DNA from: an uncultured Pseudohongiella sp.
Lineage (GTDB): Bacteria; Pseudomonadota; Gammaproteobacteria; Pseudomonadales; Pseudohongiellaceae
Direction of reading: 5' to 3'
Assembly (NCBI GenBank): GCA_964622925.1
Contig: CAZUSL010000181.1
Span: 785 to 64,784 of the forward strand
DNA: 64,000 nucleotides
A program made the position numbers and the translations under genes. Position 1 is the first letter of the stretch. Each line of letters opens with the position of its first letter. Below, piece by piece: positions 1-8,065 of this stretch. Below the pieces are notes generated by a model that saw nothing but the letters and a program-made list of their open reading frames with translations, was not told where the DNA came from and searched no databases.

Positions 1-1
1 T

Positions 2-922
2 GAGACACTGGTCCGAATCAATGGCGAAGCGGGCGGCAGGCGCGAGCACGCCGCGATCGAAGCCAGTCTCGCCAGCGAAGAATCCGGCGCGCCGGCGGGC
101 TTCGCTGAGTTGCTGCGCCCGCATCTGCGCCTCGTGCTGCTGATCGCCCTGAGCATCGGCATCGTGCAACAGGCAACCGGCATCAACGCGGTGTTCTTCT
201 ACGCGCCGATGATTTTCGAGCAAAGCGGCATCGGCAACGACGCCGCCTTCCTGCAGGCGGTGCTCGTGGGACTGGTCAATCTGCTGTTCACGATCGTGGC
301 GATCCTGTGCATCGACCGGCTCGGCAGAAAGCCGCTGCTGTTCGCGGGTCTTGCCGGCATCGCCGTCTTCATGCTGCTGCTCTCCTGGACTTTCAACCAG
401 GCCACGTACGAGTTGAGCGAAGAGTCGGTCGCCGCGGTCGTGGATGTGGAGTCCAGAGCCGCGCTCGAACCGCTCGTGGGGCGGCAATTCGATGACGAAA
501 ACGCCTTGCGGGCCGCCCTTTCCGATGCGGGCATAGGCGACGCCGGCGGCCTCGAATCGGAACTCGTCGCCCAGGCGGTAGAAGTCGACACGGCCCTCGT
601 GCTGACCGGAATCCTGGGTTTCGTCGCCTGTTTCGCGTTCTCGGTGGGACCGATCATGTGGGTGCTGTTCTCCGAGCTTTTCCCCAACTATGTAAGGGCG
701 GCGGCGATCTCATTCGTCGGCCTGGTGAATTCCGGCGTCAGTTTCCTGGTGCAGATGCTGTTTCCATGGGAACTCGCAACTTTCGGCAGCGGCCTGACTT
801 TTCTGATTTACGGCCTCGTGGCCATTGCCGGACTCGCCATTCTCGTCAGAATCATGCCCGAAACCCGGGGCAAATCGCTGGAAGAACTGGAACAGACGCT
901 GGCCGCGAGGAGCGGATCATGA
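2..922 (+). CDS. MFS sugar-porter family transporter, C-terminal part (5' end outside window)
   Basis: The frame is open from the window edge. The translation ...FAELLRPHLRLVLLIAL..QQATGINAVFFYAPMIFEQSG..FPNYVRAAAISF..PETRGKSLEELE carries XylE/GalP-type sugar-porter signatures. The stop TGA 920-922 overlaps the next ATG (ATGA). Confidence 0.9.
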   Translation, partial: ETLVRINGEAGGRREHAAIEASLASEESGAPAGFAELLRPHLRLVLLIALSIGIVQQATGINAVFFYAPMIFEQSGIGNDAAFLQAVLVGLVNLLFTIVAILCIDRLGRKPLLFAGLAGIAVFMLLLSWTFNQATYELSEESVAAVVDVESRAALEPLVGRQFDDENALRAALSDAGIGDAGGLESELVAQAVEVDTALVLTGILGFVACFAFSVGPIMWVLFSELFPNYVRAAAISFVGLVNSGVSFLVQMLFPWELATFGSGLTFLIYGLVAIAGLAILVRIMPETRGKSLEELEQTLAARSGS

Positions 923-2211
923 ACAGATTGCAAGCGAATTTGACCGGACTCGTCTGCGTCGCGGGCTTGAGCGCGGGCGCGGCAGCCCAGGAAGGACCCG
1001 TCCCCGTCGAAATCCGCGGCGAACCGGGCAACTTCATGCTTTACCGCGGCGGCGAGCCTTATCACATAAGGGGCGCCGGCGCCGAAACGCTTGGCGATCT
1101 CGAATCGCTTGCCGCGAACGGCGCCAATTCGGTGCGCACCTGGCGGCCGGGCGACGGCAGCGTGCTCGATATCGCGCATGGGCTTGGCCTGACGGTCGCG
1201 CTTTGCATCGAAATCGCCCGCGAGCGGCATGGCTTCGACTACGACGACGAAGAAGCCGTGGCGCGGCAGTTCGAGGAAGCACGGGAAATCGTGCTGCGTT
1301 ATCGCGACCATCCGGCCCTGCTCGCCTGGATCATCGGCAACGAAATGAACCTCGAATACGAGAATCCGCGCGTGTACGACGCCATCAACGACATCTCGCG
1401 CATGATTCACGAACTGGACCCTTACCACCCCACTACCTCGACCACCGCCGGCATGGGCGCCGATCTCGCGCGGGTGATTCGACAGCGGGCGCCGGATCTG
1501 GATTTTCTCAGCGTTCAGGTCTATGGCGCGGTTTACGATTTGCCGCTGATGCTGGCGGGAGTCGATCCGGAAATGCCGCTGATGATCACCGAATGGGGCA
1601 CCATCGGCCATTGGGAAGTGCCGCTGACCGAATGGGGCGCGCCCATCGAATTGAACAGCTCGGCCAAGGCGGACGTCTACAACCGCGCTTACGAGGAAAT
1701 GCTTGCGCCGATGCAAGGCAGGCTGATCGGCAATTACGCGTTTCTTTGGGGACAGAAGCAGGAACGCACTCCGACCTGGTACGGCGTTTTCACCGCCGAC
1801 GGGCGAAGCACTCAGGCCGTGGACGTGTTGCATCGAATCTGGACCGGGCAATGGCCGGACAATCGCGCTCCGCTGCTCGGGGAAATGCGGCTCGAAGGCA
1901 AGCAGGCGGACGAAAGCGTACGGCTGGCGGCGGGACAGGACTATTCCGCGGCGGTCAGCGCCGAGGACCTGGACGGCGACCGCCTGATCTTCGACTGGCG
2001 CGTGATGGAAGAAAGCACGGCGACCCAGACCGGAGGCGACCGGGAAGATATCCCGCCGGAACTCGAAGGCCTGATCGGCGATCCGGGGCTGCCCGAAATC
2101 AACTTGCGGGCGCCGGCAAACCCCGGCGCCTACCGCCTTTTCGTTTACGTCGGCGACGGCCGTGGCCGCGTCGCCCACGCAAACATTCCTTTTTATGTCG
2201 ACGAAAATTAA
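919..2211 (+). CDS. Secreted glycoside hydrolase, clan GH-A (beta/alpha)8 type
   Basis: ATG 919 overlaps the upstream stop. There is a signal peptide (LVCVAGLSAGAAAQ). IGNEMN and MITEWG fit the acid/base and nucleophile Glu motifs of clan GH-A enzymes. The ORF-track start at 658 is an upstream extension inside the transporter gene. Confidence 0.75.
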   Translation: MNRLQANLTGLVCVAGLSAGAAAQEGPVPVEIRGEPGNFMLYRGGEPYHIRGAGAETLGDLESLAANGANSVRTWRPGDGSVLDIAHGLGLTVALCIEIARERHGFDYDDEEAVARQFEEAREIVLRYRDHPALLAWIIGNEMNLEYENPRVYDAINDISRMIHELDPYHPTTSTTAGMGADLARVIRQRAPDLDFLSVQVYGAVYDLPLMLAGVDPEMPLMITEWGTIGHWEVPLTEWGAPIELNSSAKADVYNRAYEEMLAPMQGRLIGNYAFLWGQKQERTPTWYGVFTADGRSTQAVDVLHRIWTGQWPDNRAPLLGEMRLEGKQADESVRLAAGQDYSAAVSAEDLDGDRLIFDWRVMEESTATQTGGDREDIPPELEGLIGDPGLPEINLRAPANPGAYRLFVYVGDGRGRVAHANIPFYVDEN

Positions 2212-2231
2212 GTAGTCCGGAGAAATTACAA

Positions 2232-4115
2232 ATGTCGGATCTGGATCTGGAAGGGATTCTTTCCGCTTGGCTGGAGCGCATGACGCTGCGCCAGAAAATC
2301 GGCCAGATGACGATGGCCGAACGGCTTTCGATAACGCCGGATGACGTGAAGAACTACGCCCTCGGCGCGATTCTGTGCGGCGGCGGCTCCCACCCGGGGG
2401 AAAATACCCTGGACGACTGGGTCGCCATGAACGACGCCTACTGGCAGGCCGCCGTAGGAGACGAGGACAGCCCCGGTATCCCGATACTCGTCGGTGTCGA
2501 CGCGGTGCATGGTCACGGCAATCTCAAGGGAGCCACGGTGTTTCCCCACAACATCGGTCTCGGCGCCGCGGGCGATCCGGAACTCGTCGCCGAAGTCGCC
2601 CGCGCCACGGCCAGGGAAATCCTCGCAAGCGGGCTGGAATGGAATTTCGCTCCCGCGCTTTCCGTCGTGCAGAACTGCAAATGGGGGCGTAGTTACGAAA
2701 GTTTCGGCAGCGATCCCGAACTCGTCGCCACGCTTGGCGCGAGCTACGCCGAAGCATTGCAGGCAGAAGGCGTCATCGGCTGCGTCAAGCATTGGGTCGG
2801 CGATGGCGGCACCTGGCAGGGAATGGACCAGGGCGAGACGACCCTGTCCTGGGATGATCTCGAAGCGACCCATATCGCGCCGTACTACCCCTCGCTTGAG
2901 CAAGGCGTCATGAGCGTCATGGTGTCCTTCAACAGCTGGAACGGCGACAAATGCCACGGCCACCGTTTCCTGGTCACCGAACTGCTCAAGGAGAAACTCG
3001 GATTCGACGGGATCGTGCTGTCCGACTGGGACGGCATCGACTATCTCGACGAAGATTACGGCGCGGCAATCCGCAAATCGGTGAACGCCGGCCTCGACAT
3101 GTTCATGATCTCCGAGCGCTGGAAGGAATTCATCGACACTTTCGAGCGGCAGGTGCTCGAAGGACATGTGGACATCGCCAGGATCGACGACGCCGTGCGC
3201 CGCATCCTGCGCACCAAGTTGCGTTACGGGCTGTTCGACATGCCGCGCCCCGCGAACCGGCCCGGTATCGGAAACAGCGACTTCGCCTGCGCCGCTCACC
3301 GGGAGCTCGCGCGGCGGGCGGCCCGGCAATCACAAGTGCTGCTCAAGAACGAACGGGAGGCGCTGCCGCTGAATCGCGGGCAGCGAATCCTCGTGGCCGG
3401 AAAGAACGCGCACAACCTCGGCCACCAATGCGGCGGGTGGACCGTGAGCTGGCAAGGCGAGACTGGCAACGACACGATCAGGGGCGAGACGATCTGGGAG
3501 GGAATCCGGGCGCTGACGCCGAACGCCGTACTCAGCGAAGGCCTCGACGGCAGTGACGCCGACCCGGAGCGGCACGACATCGCGGTCGTGGTGATCGGAG
3601 AGAAGCCTTACGCCGAAGGCCATGGCGACATCCGGCCGGGCGACCACGTCTTCGTCGAAGCCGGATCGAGGATCAACGGCCTGATGAATCCGCTCGAGGC
3701 CTATGCCGGCACCCTCGTGCACTCGGAAGTTCATCCAGAGGATCTCGCCTGTATCCGCAACATAGCCGCCAGGGGCATTCCGGTAGTGACCGTGCTGATC
3801 TCGGGCCGCCCGTTGATCGTCAACGAGGAACTCGACGCGTCGGCGGCGTTCGTCGCGGGCTGGCTGCCCGGCGCCGAAGGCCGCGGCGTCGCCGAAGTTC
3901 TGATGGGAGACTGCGACTTTACCGGCCGGTTGCCGACTCCCTGGCCGGGACCGGAACACAAGGACGGACTGCTCCCGAAGGTCGGCGCGGTTTTCCCGAT
4001 CGGCCATGGACTTCAGTTGAATTCGAACCGAAGTGATCTCGGGGAAAAATCGGGCGAGGCCGGCGCCGGCGGCCTTGATAAATGTCTGCGTCAATCGCAT
4101 ACTGGAGTCAGTTAA
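2232..4115 (+). CDS. Glycoside hydrolase family 3 (beta-glucosidase / exo-glucanase type)
   Basis: ATG 2232 lies within the long 825..4115 ORF. Motifs RQKIGQM, GVDAVHGHGN, KHWVGDGGT and VLSDWDGIDYL (GH3 nucleophile Asp region) are present. No signal peptide is evident. Confidence 0.9.
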   Translation: MSDLDLEGILSAWLERMTLRQKIGQMTMAERLSITPDDVKNYALGAILCGGGSHPGENTLDDWVAMNDAYWQAAVGDEDSPGIPILVGVDAVHGHGNLKGATVFPHNIGLGAAGDPELVAEVARATAREILASGLEWNFAPALSVVQNCKWGRSYESFGSDPELVATLGASYAEALQAEGVIGCVKHWVGDGGTWQGMDQGETTLSWDDLEATHIAPYYPSLEQGVMSVMVSFNSWNGDKCHGHRFLVTELLKEKLGFDGIVLSDWDGIDYLDEDYGAAIRKSVNAGLDMFMISERWKEFIDTFERQVLEGHVDIARIDDAVRRILRTKLRYGLFDMPRPANRPGIGNSDFACAAHRELARRAARQSQVLLKNEREALPLNRGQRILVAGKNAHNLGHQCGGWTVSWQGETGNDTIRGETIWEGIRALTPNAVLSEGLDGSDADPERHDIAVVVIGEKPYAEGHGDIRPGDHVFVEAGSRINGLMNPLEAYAGTLVHSEVHPEDLACIRNIAARGIPVVTVLISGRPLIVNEELDASAAFVAGWLPGAEGRGVAEVLMGDCDFTGRLPTPWPGPEHKDGLLPKVGAVFPIGHGLQLNSNRSDLGEKSGEAGAGGLDKCLRQSHTGVS

Positions 4116-4145
4116 CCGAAGTCGTCGAGATATGGAGATTAGGCT

Positions 4146-4781
4146 GTGTCAGCTTCGGCCGGGGGCATGAGTTCCAGTATCCATTCGTATCTGTTTTTTC
4201 GTTCGCTGTATCAACCCGTAGCGGCATTTGAGGAATTGTCCCGCAGCGAGCCGAATCCGCTTGCCGTTTTCTTTCGCTATTCCCTGTGGCTGCTTTTGTT
4301 GCCGCCTGTTTTCGCGCTCATCGGCGGCGCCAGTTTCGGCTGGCGGGTCGGCGCCGAACAGCCGCTGTTCCTGCCGCCGGGCGAACTCCGGCTGATCAGC
4401 GCGGGCTATTTCCTCATCCTGGTTTTCGGCCTGTTCAGCACGGCGCTGATCAGCAAATGGATGGCGGTCACCTACGCCGCCAACGCCTCGTTAGGGCGCC
4501 ACGTGGCGCTGATCACGATCGTCGGCCAGCCCCTGGCGGCAGCCAGCGTCGCCCATCTGTTTCCCGATGTACTCGTGCAGGTGCTGGTGCTCATTCCCAC
4601 CGCGATCTGGAGCATGCGCCTGCTGTACGTGGGAATTCCGATCACGCTGGAGACTTCGCCGGAAAGGGGCATGCTGATGGCTTCGTCCTTGATGGCCTGG
4701 CTGCTGGTGGCCGTGGTGAGCCTGCTCGGCGTCAGCATGACCTTGTGGGTCATGGGGACAGGTCCGTTGCTGGGCGTTTGA
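4146..4781 (+). CDS. Yip1/DUF1282-like polytopic membrane protein
   Basis: Start is GTG 4146 or ATG 4167. The protein has about 5 hydrophobic helices and an N-terminal FRSLYQPVAAFEEL segment. The family assignment is from memory of Yip1-type proteins and is weak. Its stop lies 1 nt before the ccoN ATG. Confidence 0.6.
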   Translation: MSASAGGMSSSIHSYLFFRSLYQPVAAFEELSRSEPNPLAVFFRYSLWLLLLPPVFALIGGASFGWRVGAEQPLFLPPGELRLISAGYFLILVFGLFSTALISKWMAVTYAANASLGRHVALITIVGQPLAAASVAHLFPDVLVQVLVLIPTAIWSMRLLYVGIPITLETSPERGMLMASSLMAWLLVAVVSLLGVSMTLWVMGTGPLLGV

Positions 4782-4782
4782 A

Positions 4783-6219
4783 ATGGAAGCTGCAAACGAC
4801 AAGGTCTATCACGATAACGTAGTTATCCGGCTGATCCAGTTTTCGGTGATCTGGGCGCTGGTCGCGATGCTCGGCGGCGTCTGGCTCGCGGCGGAACTGA
4901 TCTGGCCCGGCCTCGATTTCGGCCAGTACTGGCTTTCCTACGGCCGTCTGCGCCCGCTGCACACCAATGGCATCATTTTCGGATTCGGCGTTTCGGCGCT
5001 GATGGCGACCGCGTTCTACAGCGTCCAGCGAACTTCCCATGCGCCGCTGTTCCTGCCGCGGCTGGCCTCGTTCTGCTGCTACGCCTGGCAGTTGATCGTG
5101 CTGCTCGGCGGACTGTCCCTGCTCGCGGGCTACAACACCTCAAAGGAATACGCCGAACTCGAATGGCCTTTCGATATCGCCATCGCCATCGTCTGGGTGT
5201 GCTTCGCCGTGGTCTTTTTCGGCACCATCGCCGTGCGCAGGATCCGGCCCATCTATATCTCCAACTGGTTCTACGGCGCGCTGATCATCGTCATCGCCAT
5301 GTTGCACATCGTCAACAGCCTGGCGCTGCCGGTGAGCCCGATGCGGTCCTATTCGATTTTCGCCGGCGCCCAGGACGCCGTTGTGCAATGGTGGTACGGG
5401 CATAACGCGGTCGGCTTTCTGCTCACCGGCGGCTTTCTCGGCATGTTGTACTACTTCCTGCCGAAACACGCGGGCCGGCCGATCTGGAGCTACCGCCTGT
5501 CGGTGCTGGCTTTCTGGGCCTTCGTCTACAGCTATATCTGGGCCGGGCCGCATCATCTGCATTACAACTCGGTGCCGGAATGGGTGCAGTCGCTGGGAAT
5601 GGTGATGAGCATCGTCCTGCTGGCGCCGTCCTGGGCGACCATGGTCAACGGCATCATGACGGTGAGCACCGCCTGGGAAAAATTACGCACCGACCCGGCG
5701 CTCAAGTTCATCGTACTGTCGTTGGCCTTCTACGGGCTGGCGACATTCGAAGGGCCGATGATGTCGATTCGCAGCGTCAACGTGGTCAGCCACTTTACCG
5801 ACTGGACGATCGGCCATGTGCATTCAGGCGCCCTCGGCTGGAACGCCATGATCACTTACGGCACGTTCTATTTCATGGCGCCGCGGCTGGTCGGCGGGGA
5901 ACTGTACAGCAGCCGTCTGGCCAATCTGCATTTCTGGCTCGCGCTCGGCGGCACCATGCTTTACATCGTCTCTATGTGGGCTGCGGGAGTCTCCCAGGGG
6001 CTGCTCTGGCTCAGCGTCGACGAAATCGGCGAGTTGAGCTTCGACTTCAGGGACATCATGGCGAGCATGGCGCCTTACTACATCCTGAGGCTCGTGGCCG
6101 GACTTGTATTCCTAGCCGGCACCTTGCTCATGGCTTACAACCTGTACATGACGGTCAGGGGCCGGCCAGCGCAACGCGTGACTCCGCCGGCGGTCGCCCC
6201 CGCTTATGGAGTGAGCTGA
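4783..6219 (+). CDS. ccoN: cbb3-type cytochrome c oxidase subunit I
   Basis: 478 aa, polytopic. Motifs WYGHNAVGFLLTGGFLGMLYYFLPK, WAGPHHLHY and HFTDWTIGHVHSGALGWN are typical of CcoN. Confidence 0.95.
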   Translation: MEAANDKVYHDNVVIRLIQFSVIWALVAMLGGVWLAAELIWPGLDFGQYWLSYGRLRPLHTNGIIFGFGVSALMATAFYSVQRTSHAPLFLPRLASFCCYAWQLIVLLGGLSLLAGYNTSKEYAELEWPFDIAIAIVWVCFAVVFFGTIAVRRIRPIYISNWFYGALIIVIAMLHIVNSLALPVSPMRSYSIFAGAQDAVVQWWYGHNAVGFLLTGGFLGMLYYFLPKHAGRPIWSYRLSVLAFWAFVYSYIWAGPHHLHYNSVPEWVQSLGMVMSIVLLAPSWATMVNGIMTVSTAWEKLRTDPALKFIVLSLAFYGLATFEGPMMSIRSVNVVSHFTDWTIGHVHSGALGWNAMITYGTFYFMAPRLVGGELYSSRLANLHFWLALGGTMLYIVSMWAAGVSQGLLWLSVDEIGELSFDFRDIMASMAPYYILRLVAGLVFLAGTLLMAYNLYMTVRGRPAQRVTPPAVAPAYGVS

Positions 6220-6845
6220 TGAACGGAATGTGGCTGCATCGCAAGATCGAGGAGAACACCGGATTGCTCATTTTCGGCATCCTGTTCGTTTCGGCGATCG
6301 GCGGTCTCGTGCAATTGCTTCCGATCCTGGAACAGGAAAGTCTGCAGACGGCGGAAGCCAACACCAGGCCGTATAGCGCCGTGGAACTCGCCGGCAGGGA
6401 CATCTATATCCGCGAAGGCTGCAGCGTCTGCCATTCGCAGCAAGTACGCCCCCTGATCGCCGAAATCGAACGCTACGGGCCCTATTCGCGAGCCGGGGAA
6501 TTCGTCTACGACAGGCCGTTCCTGTGGGGATCGAAGCGCACCGGACCCGATCTGCACCGCATCGGCGGCAGGTATTCCGACGACTGGCATCGCATCCGCC
6601 TGCTCGACCCCCGCGCAGTGGTGCCGGGCAGCATCATGCCGGCCTATCCCTGGCTGGCGCGGCGCGAGGCCTCCGCAACGGGAGACATTGCGGCGCGGAT
6701 GTCCGGCCTGCGCCGGCTCGGCCACCCTTACACCGACGAGGAAATCGCGAATGCCGGGGCGGAACTGGAAGGCCTCCTCGAAATCGACGTCCTGATCGCC
6801 TATCTGCAATCCCTGGGAACGGGGTATACGGAGGAAGGACCATGA
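6219..6845 (+). CDS. ccoO: cbb3-type cytochrome c oxidase subunit II (monohaem)
   Basis: ATG 6219 overlaps the ccoN stop by 1 nt. One N-terminal TM helix and a CSVCH haem-c site are present, followed by FLWGSKRTGPDLHRIGGRY. Confidence 0.95.
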   Translation: MNGMWLHRKIEENTGLLIFGILFVSAIGGLVQLLPILEQESLQTAEANTRPYSAVELAGRDIYIREGCSVCHSQQVRPLIAEIERYGPYSRAGEFVYDRPFLWGSKRTGPDLHRIGGRYSDDWHRIRLLDPRAVVPGSIMPAYPWLARREASATGDIAARMSGLRRLGHPYTDEEIANAGAELEGLLEIDVLIAYLQSLGTGYTEEGP

Positions 6846-6985
6846 CGGCTTTCATTTTCCTCGGCGACATGCTCGTCATGGCGTTCATGGCGGGACTTGC
6901 CGCGTGGATTCTCTATCCCGGCAATTCGAAAGCCCTGGACGAAATCGCGCGCATACCGCTGGAAGACGAGGACGATCATGGCTGA
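6842..6985 (+). CDS. ccoQ: cbb3 oxidase small subunit CcoQ
   Basis: 47-aa single-TM ORF wedged between ccoO (ATGA overlap at 6842) and ccoP (8-nt overlap). This is the canonical ccoNOQP position. Confidence 0.7.
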   Translation: MTAFIFLGDMLVMAFMAGLAAWILYPGNSKALDEIARIPLEDEDDHG

Positions 6986-7859
6986 CATGCCATCGGCATT
7001 CTGGAGCGGCTGGATCGCCGTATTGACCCTTACCTCCCTGGCGGGGATGGTTTGGCTGGTCTGGAGCGTCTATTTCGGCCGCGACCGGGGCCATGAGCCG
7101 GGATCCGGGCCGGTCTGGGACGGCAATCTCAAGGAGGGTGAACGGCCGGCGCCCATGTGGTGGTTCTGGCTGCTGTTCGGCTCACTGATTTTCTCGGTGG
7201 TTTATCTCATGCTCTTCCCGGGGCTAGGCAGCTTCGCGGGGTTGCTGGATTGGTCCCAGGGCAGCCGGGTTGCCGAAAGCTATGACGACTACGAGACCAG
7301 ATTCGCCGGCGCCAGGGTCGAAATCGCCGACATGAGCCTGGCGGAGATTCAGAACGATGCCGGGCTGATGGGGGTGGCCGAACGCATCTTCCGCCGGGAA
7401 TGCGCCGCCTGTCACGGACCGGAGGGCCGCGGGCAGGCTGACATGTTTCCCAATCTGCACGATGTCGATTGGCAGTGGGGCGGCGAAGAGGAGCAGATCC
7501 GTCAGTCGATCCGGAGCGGCCGCAATGCGATCATGATCGGCTGGGAGGCCGCGTTGGGCGAGGAAGGCATCGAACAGGTCGGCGACTACGTGCTGAGCCT
7601 GGCCGACGGTGTCGACGAAGACCATCCGGGCAAGGCCGCCTTCGACTTGTATTGTGCCGTATGCCATGGCGCCGACGGCGGCGGCAACACGTTGCTTGGC
7701 GCATCGCGGCTTTCCGACCGAATCTGGCTTTACGGCGGCGACCCGGAAAACATTCGTGAATCCCTGATCAACGGGCGTTTCGGCGTCATGCCCGCCTTCG
7801 ACGAACAACGCCTGGACGACACCCAGTTGCAACTGATTCTGGCCTTGCTGGTGCGCTAG
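6978..7859 (+). CDS. ccoP: cbb3-type cytochrome c oxidase subunit III (dihaem)
   Basis: ATG 6978. There is an N-terminal TM region plus two CxxCH sites (CAACHGPEG, CAVCHGADG). Confidence 0.9.
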   Translation: MADMPSAFWSGWIAVLTLTSLAGMVWLVWSVYFGRDRGHEPGSGPVWDGNLKEGERPAPMWWFWLLFGSLIFSVVYLMLFPGLGSFAGLLDWSQGSRVAESYDDYETRFAGARVEIADMSLAEIQNDAGLMGVAERIFRRECAACHGPEGRGQADMFPNLHDVDWQWGGEEEQIRQSIRSGRNAIMIGWEAALGEEGIEQVGDYVLSLADGVDEDHPGKAAFDLYCAVCHGADGGGNTLLGASRLSDRIWLYGGDPENIRESLINGRFGVMPAFDEQRLDDTQLQLILALLVR

Positions 7860-7863
7860 AAAA

Positions 7864-7896
7864 GCCGCCGTTCGGCCGATCCGGCGGTTCTTGTTC
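7864..7896 (+). terminator. Possible intrinsic terminator after ccoP
   Basis: GCCGCCG (7864-7870) pairs with CGGCGGT (7882-7888, one G-U pair) around an 11-nt loop. It is followed by TCTTGTTC, an imperfect T-tract. Confidence 0.4.
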
Positions 7897-7927
7897 GCGG
7901 TATTCGAAAAAATCCGTCACAAGAATG

Positions 7928-7956
7928 TTGACAACCCTTTCCATGTAGCATATAAG
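7928..7956 (+). promoter_or_regulatory. Sigma70-type promoter upstream of the TonB-dependent receptor gene
   Basis: TTGACA (7928-7933), a 17-nt spacer, then TATAAG (7951-7956), inside an AT-rich intergenic stretch. Confidence 0.6.
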
Positions 7957-7961
7957 ACGTT

Positions 7962-7977
7962 ATGACAACGTTATCAT
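7962..7977 (+). promoter_or_regulatory. LacI-family-type palindromic operator candidate
   Basis: ATGACAACGTTATCAT differs from its reverse complement at one symmetric position pair. It has a central CG and a TGnnAACGTTnnCA layout, and sits 5 nt downstream of the -10 box. Confidence 0.5.
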
Positions 7978-8065
7978 TTTTCTCGCCAATGCGGTGAGAT
8001 GAGGAAAATCACTACCCGCGCCTCGTCGTCAGGCTGAGCCCGGGAAGGTGGAGGAGAGAATCAAG

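Noticed and set aside
808-2178. 456-aa ORF antisense to the secreted glycoside hydrolase gene
   Set aside because: Arg/Ala/Gly-rich, low-complexity translation typical of shadow ORFs in GC-rich DNA. The sense strand has clear GH motifs.
825-2231. N-terminal 469 codons of the 825..4115 ORF (and the 658..918 extension of the GH ORF)
   Set aside because: Arg/Pro-rich nonsense overlapping real genes in another frame. GH3 similarity begins only at ATG 2232.
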